From contig JANQLS010000148.1 in assembly GCA_028280485.1 (NCBI GenBank), positions 17,002 to 81,001 on the forward strand: a DNA stretch of 64,000 nucleotides. Direction: 5' to 3'. Shown here piece after piece: positions 46,852-56,447 of this stretch. The stretch's first letter is position 1. Each line of letters starts with the position of its first letter. The notes beneath the pieces are model-generated. The model searched no databases and was not told where the DNA came from. It was given only the letters and a program-made list of their open reading frames with translations. The translations under genes and the position numbers were made by a program. The DNA is from Planctomycetota bacterium. Lineage in GTDB: Bacteria > Planctomycetota > UBA8108 > JACQVS01.

Positions 46852-46927
46852 GTAGCAAAAGACGCCAGTCTTTTGGGGAATGCGCTTCAAATACGTTCCT
46901 CGCCAAAAGACTGGCGTCTTTTGCTAC
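46852..46927. repeat. Perfect 25-bp inverted repeat hairpin (repeat family C) between convergent genes; probable bidirectional terminator
   Basis: GTAGCAAAAGACGCCAGTCTTTTGG (46852-46876) ... CCAAAAGACTGGCGTCTTTTGCTAC (46903-46927). The sulfatase stop (46924-46926, reading TAG on the minus strand) lies within the GTAGC end of the right arm. Confidence 0.7.
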
Positions 46928-48225
46928 AATTCGATCCCCAATCCTTTAAACGCCTCCAATAACAACAGCTTTGCTCCCATCGCTTGCTTAGAAAGTTTTC
47001 CCTTCAAAGCATTTTTCTCATCGGGATCGACGTTCATATCAAAGAACTTGCCGCTTTTATAAAACTTGAAGCGCTGAGTACGAACCCAACTTTTATTTTT
47101 ATGTTCAGCGTAAGCAAATCGCTTGGGCCCGGGAACTCCTTTTAACAATCTTGAAGCGAAGCTCACCCCGTCGATCTTTCCCATCCCTTGAGGATCTGCA
47201 CCAGCTAAGACACAGAAGGTCGAGTAAAGATCACTGACATCCACGAGATCTTCCACCACCTGCTTGGGCTTAATTTTCGCCGGCCAACTCACGAGCCAAG
47301 GAACTCGAGTTCCCCCATCGGTAAGCTTACCCTTGCCTCCCGGGATCTTCTTATCCCCTTTCATCGAGAAGACGGGGTCACGAATATACTTCCCATTTTT
47401 CGCCCGAATGATGGATCGCTGGGCCGTGCCGTTATCACCAACGAAGAGGACGAGGGTATTGTCTCGCAGTCCCGATTCTTTCAACGCCTTCTGTAATTTC
47501 CCCACCATGCGATCCATGTCGTGAGCCATCTCTTTGTAGTTGAGATAGCGATCCAAACCGGGAGGATACTCAACCGGTTTTTTAAGGTCATCCGTGACGT
47601 CGTGACAGAGCGCCATCGAATAAAAGGCAAAGAAAGGTTTTTTACGATCCGCCTTCATGAAATCGATGAGGAAATCGGTATAGACATCGGGTCCGTAAGC
47701 CTTCTCTAAGCCTTTTCGAATTTTCCCGTTTTGCCAAATTAAGGGATTGTGAAACCGAGGACCTTCGTGCCATCCAAAAAGACAAGATTCATCAAATCCC
47801 AATCGGTGGGGATGCTTGGGATCTTCTTTTAATAAAGTAAGTTGCCACTTCCCCGCCACCGCCGTTCGGTAACCCGCTTTCTTTAATTGCTGAGCGATCG
47901 TTCGTGACTCTTCCTTTTTGGGATAACTCCCCCACTTAGCTTTTTCCATTCGAAACGGATACCGCCCGCTCAAGATCGAAACTCGTGTCGGATGACAAAC
48001 GGCCATACTGTATCCATGGTTGAAACGAATTCCGCTTTCCGCCAGAGCATCGAGCTGGGGTGTGGGGTAAGAAGTTCCTCCGTAGCACCCTAAGACTTCT
48101 TGGCCAACATCATCGGCAAGAATCAAAAGGATATTGGGACGCGGGGCTTCACTTTTGGGCTCTAAACTTAAAACAGCGTGTTCGACAACAAGGAAACTTA
48201 GGATGATGAACAATAAGTTTTTCAT
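46924..48225 (-). CDS. Formylglycine-dependent sulfatase (secreted)
   Basis: 433 aa; signal peptide; ILADDVGQEVLGCYG; CHPTRVSILSGRYP; GKWQL. Confidence 0.9.
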   Translation of the reverse strand: MKNLLFIILSFLVVEHAVLSLEPKSEAPRPNILLILADDVGQEVLGCYGGTSYPTPQLDALAESGIRFNHGYSMAVCHPTRVSILSGRYPFRMEKAKWGSYPKKEESRTIAQQLKKAGYRTAVAGKWQLTLLKEDPKHPHRLGFDESCLFGWHEGPRFHNPLIWQNGKIRKGLEKAYGPDVYTDFLIDFMKADRKKPFFAFYSMALCHDVTDDLKKPVEYPPGLDRYLNYKEMAHDMDRMVGKLQKALKESGLRDNTLVLFVGDNGTAQRSIIRAKNGKYIRDPVFSMKGDKKIPGGKGKLTDGGTRVPWLVSWPAKIKPKQVVEDLVDVSDLYSTFCVLAGADPQGMGKIDGVSFASRLLKGVPGPKRFAYAEHKNKSWVRTQRFKFYKSGKFFDMNVDPDEKNALKGKLSKQAMGAKLLLLEAFKGLGIEL

Positions 48226-48336
48226 AATTCTTCTGAATCAATTCGTAGCCAAATTCGCCAGAATTTGGGGATTGAGAAACCATAAAGCGTATCGCTACCA
48301 AAGACTGGCGTCTTTGGCTACAGGTCATCGGCGATC

Positions 48337-49710
48337 TTATTTCGACTTCGACCTCAAAATATATTTAAAGTCGATGGCGTGCTTTTCAAAATCCGGAGGC
48401 AACTTGGGATGACCCGCGATGAGGGGAGGAGTGAATTTCGAGTTAAAAAGAAAGACTCCAATTTTGCTCGCCTTCACATCATTGTCGTGAGTGGCGATAT
48501 GACAACCCCACGTCCCATCGAATCGAACAGGAGTGAGAGCTTCATCGTAAGAAGGTTTCGTCCACCAATGCCCGCCGACAAAGACTAAAGTGGCGACCTG
48601 TACCTCTCGAGGGCGAGCATGAAGAACCATCCCTTCGATCTTGCCTTTTTTCCCATACTTAGGGTACTGAGTAATCTTCAATCTTGTTTTACCCGCGCCC
48701 TGAATTAATTTCTTGGCTTGGTAATAATTCTTATCGAGCCCCTTATAACTCAGCGGAAAGAAATTTGCCTTCAGAACGCCCTTCTCGTTCCAAAGTCCCC
48801 AGTGAGCTCCCTGCTCTCCTTCTTTGGATTTAGCCTTCCAGGCTTCATCGTAAGAAGTAAACCAAAAGCTAGGCACTTCATTGGCATAAGCCCAATTTTG
48901 AAATTCTTTAAAGAAGGTTTTAACGTTTTTCAAACTCGGAATGGATTCATCGTGTTTTTCTCCACCGCTCGGCCATCCCGTTTCAGAAATCCAAACGGGC
49001 TTACCGTGAGCGATGGCTTTGACTCGCTGGTGTCGATAATGGAATCGTGAAATGGAATGTTCAATGGGCACTCCTTCCCAATAGGGGTAGGAATTGTAGA
49101 GAACGATATCGCACTCATTCACGATCAGGGGGTTTTTGATCAAAGAGAGGTAAATATCGGCTGTCGTCACCGGAACATTTGGCAAGGCTTGCTTCACCCG
49201 TTTGATGTAAACTCGATGCTCGACGGGAGTCACATCTTCACGGTATAAAACTTCACTACCGACGATCGCTAAATCGACAAGCCCCTTCTTGCCCAATTGA
49301 ATTAAGGCTTGAATCTCAGCCTCATTCGAAGCTCGGTTTTCTCCGATCCAAGCCCCGGCGGCGAGTTTGAGTTTATACTTCTTCGCCAACATCCCCATCT
49401 TTTGCATCCCACCGCTCACGCTGAAAACTCGAACCCATCGCGTGTAAGGAGCGATCATTTTCAGGCGAGCCTCTACCTGCTCGTCAGAGATTTTATCTCC
49501 CGGTTTTTGACCGGGACCGATTGGACTAAAGTTGAGTCCTAGAAGTTTCCCATCGTTTTTCCTGAAATCCACCTTCAATGGGGTTTCTTTTCCTTCCAAT
49601 GGTAGGAAGGTCAAAACAGAACAAGTGAGAATAAGAAAGGTCAATAATCGCATTAGATTTCGATTTAGAATTGAAAATTTAGTAAAACCAAATTCTACTA
49701 TTGAGCTCAA
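48337..49710 (-). CDS. Glycoside hydrolase family 17-like (beta-1,3-glucanase-type) protein with C-terminal extension
   Basis: 457 aa; signal peptide; LLGLNFSPIG...; catalytic-nucleophile block VWISETGWPSGG typical of GH17 (xTETGWPS). Confidence 0.65.
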   Translation of the reverse strand: MSSIVEFGFTKFSILNRNLMRLLTFLILTCSVLTFLPLEGKETPLKVDFRKNDGKLLGLNFSPIGPGQKPGDKISDEQVEARLKMIAPYTRWVRVFSVSGGMQKMGMLAKKYKLKLAAGAWIGENRASNEAEIQALIQLGKKGLVDLAIVGSEVLYREDVTPVEHRVYIKRVKQALPNVPVTTADIYLSLIKNPLIVNECDIVLYNSYPYWEGVPIEHSISRFHYRHQRVKAIAHGKPVWISETGWPSGGEKHDESIPSLKNVKTFFKEFQNWAYANEVPSFWFTSYDEAWKAKSKEGEQGAHWGLWNEKGVLKANFFPLSYKGLDKNYYQAKKLIQGAGKTRLKITQYPKYGKKGKIEGMVLHARPREVQVATLVFVGGHWWTKPSYDEALTPVRFDGTWGCHIATHDNDVKASKIGVFLFNSKFTPPLIAGHPKLPPDFEKHAIDFKYILRSKSK

Positions 49711-49754
49711 ATCAACAAATAGCTGATTCCCTAAAAAATAAGTGATTTATCGAA

Positions 49755-50498
49755 ATGAGTTCCCTCATCACTCAGGACCACCGCGAACAATTCAAAGAAG
49801 AAGGCTACTTCATCCTCGAAAATGCGATCCCCGATAAACATATGAGCATTCTTGATAATGCCTGCGATCACTTAATAAAAATCATCGACGATGAATTCGA
49901 TGCCCAGGGCATCACCCGTAATCATATCACCCACAAGGGAGTTCGCTACCATATCGCCAAGCGTTACGAGGAGTATCCCCCTCTCAAAGAATACATCTTT
50001 AGTGACTTGATGGAAGAGGTGTGCAAATCAACGATCGGGGAAACGGCATACCTATTTTATGATCAGTATGTTGTTAAATGCGCAGAGAAAGGAATTTCAT
50101 TCTCTTGGCACCAAGATTCGGGCTACTTAGGATTTCCCCACGTCCCTTACGTTACGACTTGGGCTTGTGTCGATGATATGAGCCTTGAAAATGGTACCGC
50201 CTTCGTGATGCCCTTCTCCACGATCGGCATTAAAAGTTTAGTCGAGCATATCCTCGACCCCACCACCGGAGACAAAGTCGGCTATTTTGGAAAAGAAGAA
50301 GGCGTTCCTGTCATTGCGAAGGCGGGAAGCTTAGCCGTCTTCAGCTCATTGAGCTTCCACCGAAGCGGCGCCAATACTACGAATAAAATGCGTCGCGCCT
50401 ACGTCACCCAGTACGCTCCAGCCGTCATCTGCCGCCCCGGAGAAACAGAGCCGATGCACTTAGCCGTTCCTTTTTTAAAGGATGGCCAAAAGGTATAA
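49755..50498 (+). CDS. Phytanoyl-CoA dioxygenase (PhyH) family Fe(II)/2-oxoglutarate oxygenase
   Basis: 247 aa; WHQDSGY...(HxD)...[19 protein letters not shown]. Confidence 0.7.
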   Translation: MSSLITQDHREQFKEEGYFILENAIPDKHMSILDNACDHLIKIIDDEFDAQGITRNHITHKGVRYHIAKRYEEYPPLKEYIFSDLMEEVCKSTIGETAYLFYDQYVVKCAEKGISFSWHQDSGYLGFPHVPYVTTWACVDDMSLENGTAFVMPFSTIGIKSLVEHILDPTTGDKVGYFGKEEGVPVIAKAGSLAVFSSLSFHRSGANTTNKMRRAYVTQYAPAVICRPGETEPMHLAVPFLKDGQKV

Positions 50499-50657
50499 CA
50501 CTTGAATCCGAAGCCGGTCTTTGATTTTGATCTTCCTTGAGTGCTAAAATTTACAGTTCAAATTCTCTCTTAACCTGATGGAGCAAAAGGCTCCAGCCTT
50601 TTGGCCATTGCGCTTTATAGTTCTCTTTCCCAAATTCTGGTGAATTTGGCTACAAAA

Positions 50658-51812
50658 ATGCAAAACTCAAAACTCCTTTGCTTAAACATTCTTTGGGCCA
50701 TCCTTGGAATCATCATCTCCTGCTCACCCGCACTCAGCCTCGAACGCGTCACCTCAAAAGTCGTTGGCAAGCTCAAAGATGGTCGCCCCATCCATGAATA
50801 CACGCTGAAGAACAAGAACGACTTAGAAGCGAGAGTCCTCACCTACGGTGCGACTCTTACTCGTGTTCGTATGCCCGACAAAAATGGCAAGATCGATGAC
50901 ATCGCTCTCTACCTCGACACGGCCGAAGAATACGTGAAAGGGCATCCCTTATTCGGTTCAGTTGTGGGGAGATACGCTAATCGTATTTCAAATGCCAGAT
51001 TCAAAATCGACGGCAAGGTATATGAAATTGAAAAGAATGCCGGTAAGAATCATATCCACGGAGGGCGCGATGGGTTTCAGAAAAGATTGTGGACGGGAAA
51101 AGGGACATCGATTAAGGGCTCGGCCTCAGTCAGTTTAAAATTGACAAGCCCCGATGGGGATGCGGGTTATCCGGGTGAATTGAAGGTCGAAGTGATCTAT
51201 ACTCTCAATGACGATAACGAACTCAAGATGAGATATAAAGCGACTACGACGAAGGCGACTCATCTCAATCTTACCAATCATGCGTACTGGAATTTAGGGG
51301 GCGCTGGATCGGGGGATGTCTTGGGGCATATCCTCAATTTTCCTGCAAGCAAGGTCTTGGAGGCCGACCAACATCGTTATCCAACAGGAAAGATCCTAAA
51401 GGTTGATGGTACTCCCCTCGATTTTCGAAAAGCTCACAGCATTGGAAGTCGAATCAAAGAAGCAAAAGGGGAAAACTACGATGATTGTTATGTGGTCGAC
51501 AGAAGAGCAATAAAGAGTAGATTACAGTTTATTGCCACTGTCTATCACCGAAAAAGCGGTAGGTGGATGGATGTATTGACGACTCAACCCGGATTCCAAC
51601 TCTACACAGCAAAAGGCTTGAGCTCCCGCTGGAAAACCAAAGACCGAACCTACGGTCCCTATCACGGTTTTTGCTTAGAAACCCAAAACTTCCCTGACGC
51701 CCCGAATCATGCAAACTTTCCTTCATCTCTTTTACGACCCGGTGAAGTTTACGATCACGAAACCATCCATCGATTTAAGATTAATAAAAAAACGGGTTCC
51801 GCTCGAAGTTAA
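50658..51812 (+). CDS. galM: Aldose 1-epimerase (galactose mutarotase), secreted
   Basis: GATLTRVRMPDKNGKIDDIALYLD...GSVVGRYANRISNARFKIDGKVYEIEKNAGKNHIHGG...HGFCLETQNFPDAPN. The start is placed at Met 50658 (signal peptide) because the upstream ATG at 50601 overlaps a family-C repeat. Confidence 0.85.
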   Translation: MQNSKLLCLNILWAILGIIISCSPALSLERVTSKVVGKLKDGRPIHEYTLKNKNDLEARVLTYGATLTRVRMPDKNGKIDDIALYLDTAEEYVKGHPLFGSVVGRYANRISNARFKIDGKVYEIEKNAGKNHIHGGRDGFQKRLWTGKGTSIKGSASVSLKLTSPDGDAGYPGELKVEVIYTLNDDNELKMRYKATTTKATHLNLTNHAYWNLGGAGSGDVLGHILNFPASKVLEADQHRYPTGKILKVDGTPLDFRKAHSIGSRIKEAKGENYDDCYVVDRRAIKSRLQFIATVYHRKSGRWMDVLTTQPGFQLYTAKGLSSRWKTKDRTYGPYHGFCLETQNFPDAPNHANFPSSLLRPGEVYDHETIHRFKINKKTGSARS

Positions 51813-51848
51813 TTCCCACCCCGAGGGGCTGTGAATTTTTAACCGAAA

Positions 51849-52007
51849 ACCGAAGGAATTTCTTGTATCCCTCGCTAAAGCTTCGGGCTTGAGGGGCACG
51901 AATCGTTTTCAGTGTTTAATTTGTAATAAGGGATTTCACTTATTCCATCTATAAATTAGTATTGAAATCACCAACCTCCCAAGCCCGAAGCTTTAGCGAG
52001 GGATAAT
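51849..52007. mobile_element. MITE-like element, family D: inverted CCCTCGCTAAAGCTTCGGGCTTG arms around an AT-rich core
   Basis: tccctcgctaaagcttcgggcttgagg ... cctcccaagcccgaagctttagcgagggata; related copies at 786-938, 43925-43950 and 53509-53571. Confidence 0.55.
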
Positions 52008-52070
52008 GAAGTCCCAACCGTCTTGAAAATCGATTAGCCCCTAAAAATTCACCGCCTCCGAGAAAAAAAA

Positions 52071-53465
52071 ATGAAATTGAATCCTTACTCCCTCATTCTT
52101 CTTTTAAGCTTCGCCTCTCTTCAAACATTCGTAGCATCCAATACTGCGAATTCAGACGAACGCCCCCCCAACTTCGTCATCATCTTTTTAGATGACTCCG
52201 GTTGGGGAGACTTCCATCCCTTCGGAAATCCCAAATACAAAACACCTCATGTTCAACGTTTGGCTAAAGAGGGAACGCAGTTTAATAACTTCTACGTCCC
52301 ACAAGCCGTTTGTTCGGCTTCGAGAGCTGCCCTCCTTACGGGTTGTTATCCGGGTCGTACAAAAGTCTTTGGCGCTCACCCCCCGAAAGCAAAAGGCTTA
52401 GATCCAAAATTCGCCACACTAGCTGAAGTCTTGAAGAAAAAAGGTTACGCGACCTGCTTCACGGGGAAATGGCACGTTGGAGATCAAGAAGCGACTCGCC
52501 CTCAAGCCCGCGGATTCGACGAATCGAGTGGCTTGATGTATTCCAACGACATGTGGGAGTTCCATCCCGAAAATCCCAAGTACTGGGGAAAGTTCCCCCT
52601 GAAATACTGGAAGAACGGAAAAGTCACGATCGAGCGAGTTACAAAAAAGCATCAACCTTATCTCACCACTTGGTCGACGGAACATGCGGTCGATTTCATT
52701 AAGCGGAAAAAAGACCAACCCTTTTTCGTTTACGTCCCTCACTCGATGCCCCACGTCCCTCTATTCGTAAGTGAAAAATTTGCGGGTAAATCAGGGCAGG
52801 GACTCTACGGCGATGTGATGATGGAAATCGACTGGTCGGTCGGTGAAATCATGAAAGCCTTAGAAAAGAACGGCGTCGAAAAAAACACTCTCGTCGCCTT
52901 TACTTCCGACAATGGCCCCTGGATCTCTTACGGCAACCACGCTGGCACAACCCCCTTCCGAGAAGCCAAAGGTACGAGCTTTGACGGTGGAATTCGAAGT
53001 GCTTGCATCATCAAATTGCCCGGAAAAATTCCTGCGGGTCACATCTCGACTCGAGCTTTCTCTTCTATCGATTTCCTTCCCACCTTTAGCTCGTTAGCGC
53101 AGGCACAACTTCCGTCTAATCCTGTGGACGGAAAAGATGTATGGTCGATCATCACCGGGCAGAAAAATGCCAAAAATCCACACTCCTACTACCCCTTTAG
53201 CAATGGAAGGAGATTCGAAGGCATCATCAGTGGAGATGGAATTTGGAAACTCCACATCCCCCATCGCTACCGCACGTTGGTCCAACCCGCCCACGATGGT
53301 CAAGCCGGAAAGTACAAGTCGATGAACGTTGAGCTTTCACTCTTTAAGCTCGATGAAGATCCACTTGAAAGTGAAAATGTCCTAAAAAAACACCCCGAGC
53401 AAGCCGAAAAAATGCTGCAAATGGCAGAGAAGCATAAAAAGACGTTTTACCCCAAGCAGAAGTAA
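52071..53465 (+). CDS. Formylglycine-dependent sulfatase (secreted) with CSASR variant motif
   Basis: 464 aa; IIFLDDSGWGDFHPFG; CSASRAALLTGCYP; GKWHVG; TSDNGP. Confidence 0.9.
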   Translation: MKLNPYSLILLLSFASLQTFVASNTANSDERPPNFVIIFLDDSGWGDFHPFGNPKYKTPHVQRLAKEGTQFNNFYVPQAVCSASRAALLTGCYPGRTKVFGAHPPKAKGLDPKFATLAEVLKKKGYATCFTGKWHVGDQEATRPQARGFDESSGLMYSNDMWEFHPENPKYWGKFPLKYWKNGKVTIERVTKKHQPYLTTWSTEHAVDFIKRKKDQPFFVYVPHSMPHVPLFVSEKFAGKSGQGLYGDVMMEIDWSVGEIMKALEKNGVEKNTLVAFTSDNGPWISYGNHAGTTPFREAKGTSFDGGIRSACIIKLPGKIPAGHISTRAFSSIDFLPTFSSLAQAQLPSNPVDGKDVWSIITGQKNAKNPHSYYPFSNGRRFEGIISGDGIWKLHIPHRYRTLVQPAHDGQAGKYKSMNVELSLFKLDEDPLESENVLKKHPEQAEKMLQMAEKHKKTFYPKQK

Positions 53466-53508
53466 TAGGGGTGAAATCATCACCCTTCCTGATTTTTGTA
53501 AAAACCGT

Positions 53509-53571
53509 TAACTAGCCCGAAGCGCTAGCGAGAGGTTCTTTCCCCTCGCTAGCGCTTCGGGCTAGTTAATA
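53509..53571. repeat. Family D palindrome: 28-bp-arm near-perfect hairpin
   Basis: TTAACTAGCCCGAAGCGCTAGCGAGAGG-ttctttc-CCCTCGCTAGCGCTTCGGGCTAGTTAA. Confidence 0.7.
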
Positions 53572-53869
53572 AGCAAATTTTATGAATAAAAAATTCATAT
53601 GAGAGATCTAATATGACGTGCTCAACCTCTTAATGTTTCGCCTTAAGAGGTACGAGGCCCCGTCGCTCACGCTCCGGGCTTATTAAGGGATTTTACAAAA
53701 AACTAGAACTCTTAGCCAACATCACCAACTGCACCATGGACATCCGCAGCCCAATTAGGGAAAATTAATGGTTACTGAATTAACGATCTGAGGTGAATTC
53801 TCATTCAATCCAAATGTTCCTCAGAATTCTAACGACCGGACACGCAAAAGATTCTGGAGTCGACTCAAT

Positions 53870-55177
53870 ATGAATCTATCAAATTCAATTCGATTGAAAT
53901 TACTTTCTCAAGCCTTTGTGATTGCGTTACTCATCTCCCCTACCGTCAGTGCCGACAATTGGCCTTCATGGCGAGGTCCCGATGGAACAGGTGTCGCTAA
54001 AGGTTCGGCTCCCACGGAGTGGAGCGAAACTAAAAACGTGCTTTGGAAAGTCGATCTTCCTGGGCCCGCAGGCGCAACTCCCTGCGTATGGGGAGATCAA
54101 ATCTTTTTGACCAGCGCGAAAGGGAAAGACTTAGTTCTCATCGCTATTAGCAAGTCCGGTGAAAAGCAGTGGGAGAAATTGGTCGCGACGGGTGATAAAC
54201 CCGTTCGTAGAGATGAAGGAAACATGGCCTCCCCTTCTCCAGTTACCGACGGCAAGCACGTTTGGACCTTCATGGCCAACGGTATCTTGGTTTGTTACAC
54301 CGTCAAAGGTGAAGAAGTGTGGCGAATGGATGTGCCTAAAAAATACGGCAAGTTCGAAATTCAATTTGGCCTCTCGAGTACTCCCGTCCTTCATGGCAAC
54401 AATCTTTACCTTCAACTCATCCACGGCAAATGGAGTCCTTCACCCAGTAAAGGAATCGTTGTTGCCCTGAACAAAGCGAATGGTAAAGAAGTTTGGAAGC
54501 ATGCCCGTGACACCGATGCCACGGAAGAATGTAAACACTCCTACGCTTCTCCTATCCTCTACAAAGATGGTAAACAAGAATACCTGGTAACTCACGGTGC
54601 TGATTACGCCATCGGTCACAGCTTAAAAGATGGTAAAGAGCTTTGGAGATTAGGCGGATTGAACCCCCGCGGAAAGGGTATTCGTTATCACAATACTCTC
54701 CGCTTCGTCGCTTCCCCCGCCATGGGCGATGGCATCATCGTCGTTCCTACTGCCAAGCGTTCAAAAGTAGTCGCGATCAAAGGGACAAGCAAGGGCGATA
54801 TCACTAACACTGCAAATGTTCTTTGGATGCACCCTCGCCTCACTCCCGATGTTCCCACCCCCTTGGTCCACAATGGAATTGTTTATCTCTGTTCCGAGGG
54901 TGGCATGCTCTCAGCTGTCGATGCCAAAAGCGGCGAACTTTACTACACCAAAAAAAGAACGACGAGTGATCGCCACCGCGCCTCCCCCGTATTAGCCGGT
55001 GATAAGCTGTACCTCACGGCTCGAAACGGAACGGTCAGTGTTTGCCAAACAGGAAAAGAATTTAAGATTCTCTCCCAAAACACCTTCGGTGAAACGATGT
55101 CCGCTTCACCCGTCGTCGTCGACGGTGTCATCTACCTAAGAACCTGGGATCGCCTCTGGGCGGTAGGTTCAAAGTAG
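53870..55177 (+). CDS. Secreted PQQ-like beta-propeller repeat protein
   Basis: 435 aa; signal peptide; NWPSWRGPDGTG...WKVDLPGPAGATP; paralog of 7714..8982 and 45560..46834. The stop TAG (55175-55177) sits inside an AAGTAGTCCGCTCAC repeat terminus. Confidence 0.75.
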   Translation: MNLSNSIRLKLLSQAFVIALLISPTVSADNWPSWRGPDGTGVAKGSAPTEWSETKNVLWKVDLPGPAGATPCVWGDQIFLTSAKGKDLVLIAISKSGEKQWEKLVATGDKPVRRDEGNMASPSPVTDGKHVWTFMANGILVCYTVKGEEVWRMDVPKKYGKFEIQFGLSSTPVLHGNNLYLQLIHGKWSPSPSKGIVVALNKANGKEVWKHARDTDATEECKHSYASPILYKDGKQEYLVTHGADYAIGHSLKDGKELWRLGGLNPRGKGIRYHNTLRFVASPAMGDGIIVVPTAKRSKVVAIKGTSKGDITNTANVLWMHPRLTPDVPTPLVHNGIVYLCSEGGMLSAVDAKSGELYYTKKRTTSDRHRASPVLAGDKLYLTARNGTVSVCQTGKEFKILSQNTFGETMSASPVVVDGVIYLRTWDRLWAVGSK

Positions 55178-55233
55178 TCCGCTCACTCCGTGAGCGGGTA
55201 TCAGCATTCCAATTAAATTTAAACATTCATAAA

Positions 55234-55268
55234 GCCCAGGGAAACGAAACGTTCCCCTGGGCTTTTTT
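55234..55268 (+). terminator. Rho-independent terminator
   Basis: GCCCAGGGAAACG-aaa-CGTTCCCCTGGGC followed by TTTTTT: about 12 bp of stem with one mismatch. Confidence 0.75.
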
Positions 55269-55643
55269 AGTAGTAGGCTCGCTCCGCGAGTCGTATGAAA
55301 CGAAATAACGAGTCAGTATCGATTCCACCTGAAGAACATTAAGGCGAAACTCGAAGGAGATATCGCCCCTCTTTCTTGAATTCTTAGTAACGCCCTTACA
55401 GGGCTTGCTTCTTAAGATGAATTAGCCCAGGGCGCCGCTTCGCTCTGCCCTGGGCTATGAAGTTACGGGCTTTCAGCCCTTGGTGAATTAAAATACGCCA
55501 CATCCGATTGGTAATAAAACAATGTTGCTATTCCTGAGCGTTAGCTGATAAAGACTTGGCCAACATCGTTCGCATTTTGTTTAATCTTGATGATTCATTT
55601 CTATCAACTCGTTTCATACGACTCGCGGAGCGAGCCTACTACT
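55269..55643. mobile_element. MITE-like element E (375 bp): 34-bp terminal inverted repeats enclosing a family-B repeat unit
   Basis: Left AGTAGTAGGCTCGCTCCGCGAGTCGTATGAAACG (55269-55302) and right CGTTTCATACGACTCGCGGAGCGAGCCTACTACT (55610-55643) are exact reverse complements. The interior carries cgcccttacagggct...cccagggcgccgcttcgctctgccctgggctat, also seen at 37843-37937. Confidence 0.65.
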
Positions 55644-55848
55644 ATTACGTTCATTTTCAATTCAACTGTTTTAAAACAACGCTCTGTCTAATTTTTGTAT
55701 TCCCACTTGATGCTCACCTTTTAAGTAGCTAAAAAACCTTCACTTAAACTCAATTTAAACAAATATCTTCAATGTGGCCCCATCCTTGCTTTTCAGTGAT
55801 TCGATTCGTGAATCTCGTTCCATTTCAAATTCAAACTGGAGGCCGCCT

Positions 55849-56244
55849 ATGTATAAGTTTTACCGCCCTGGGGCAAGTTGTGGGTTTACGCTTTTGGAGA
55901 TGATCGCAGTGATTACGCTCATCGGAATCTTAGCGACGCTTGTTGTAATCAATCTCGATTCCCATATGAACACTGCTTGTAATATGAAAACGCAATCCGA
56001 TTTAAAAACTATAAAAAGAAGTGTGGATGTTTTCAAAATCACAAAGGGTCGCTATCCGGTAGATTTAGAGGAGCTCATCCACACTCCGGAATCGGGATTA
56101 GAAGAATTGCCCTTAGATTATTGGGAGAGACCTTATATATACGAACTCATCGATGGTAGGCCCGTGATCAGCTGCTTCGGTGAAGATGGAGTGGAAGGCG
56201 GCGAAGGCATGAATCAAGACTATCACGAACCTAAGCAGAAGTAA
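55849..56244 (+). CDS. GspG-like pseudopilin (prepilin-type N-terminal cleavage/methylation domain)
   Basis: ASCGFTLLEMIAVITLIGILA prepilin motif; C-terminal DYWERPYIY...FGEDGVEGGEG like GspG; GGAGG RBS 8 nt upstream of the ATG at 55849. Confidence 0.75.
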   Translation: MYKFYRPGASCGFTLLEMIAVITLIGILATLVVINLDSHMNTACNMKTQSDLKTIKRSVDVFKITKGRYPVDLEELIHTPESGLEELPLDYWERPYIYELIDGRPVISCFGEDGVEGGEGMNQDYHEPKQK

Positions 56245-56447
56245 GATTGTAACTTTCCGTGTAGCCGAAGACGCCAGCCGTAGCCGAACTCGTAAGAGTT
56301 TGGATCTTTAAGGCGTAATTCGCCAAAAGACTGGCGTCTTTTGCTACACGTCTTTGGCGACATTAAAGGTGTCTATCCATTCAGCCGACAGGTATTATAG
56401 GAAACTCTAAATGAACACTCTCCTGCTGGATCCTGTAAACACCTTTC

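Noticed and set aside
50601-50657. Upstream ATG start (50601) for the mutarotase gene
   Set aside because: The N-terminal extension overlaps a family-C repeat and lacks signal-peptide character. Met 50658 gives a clean signal peptide.
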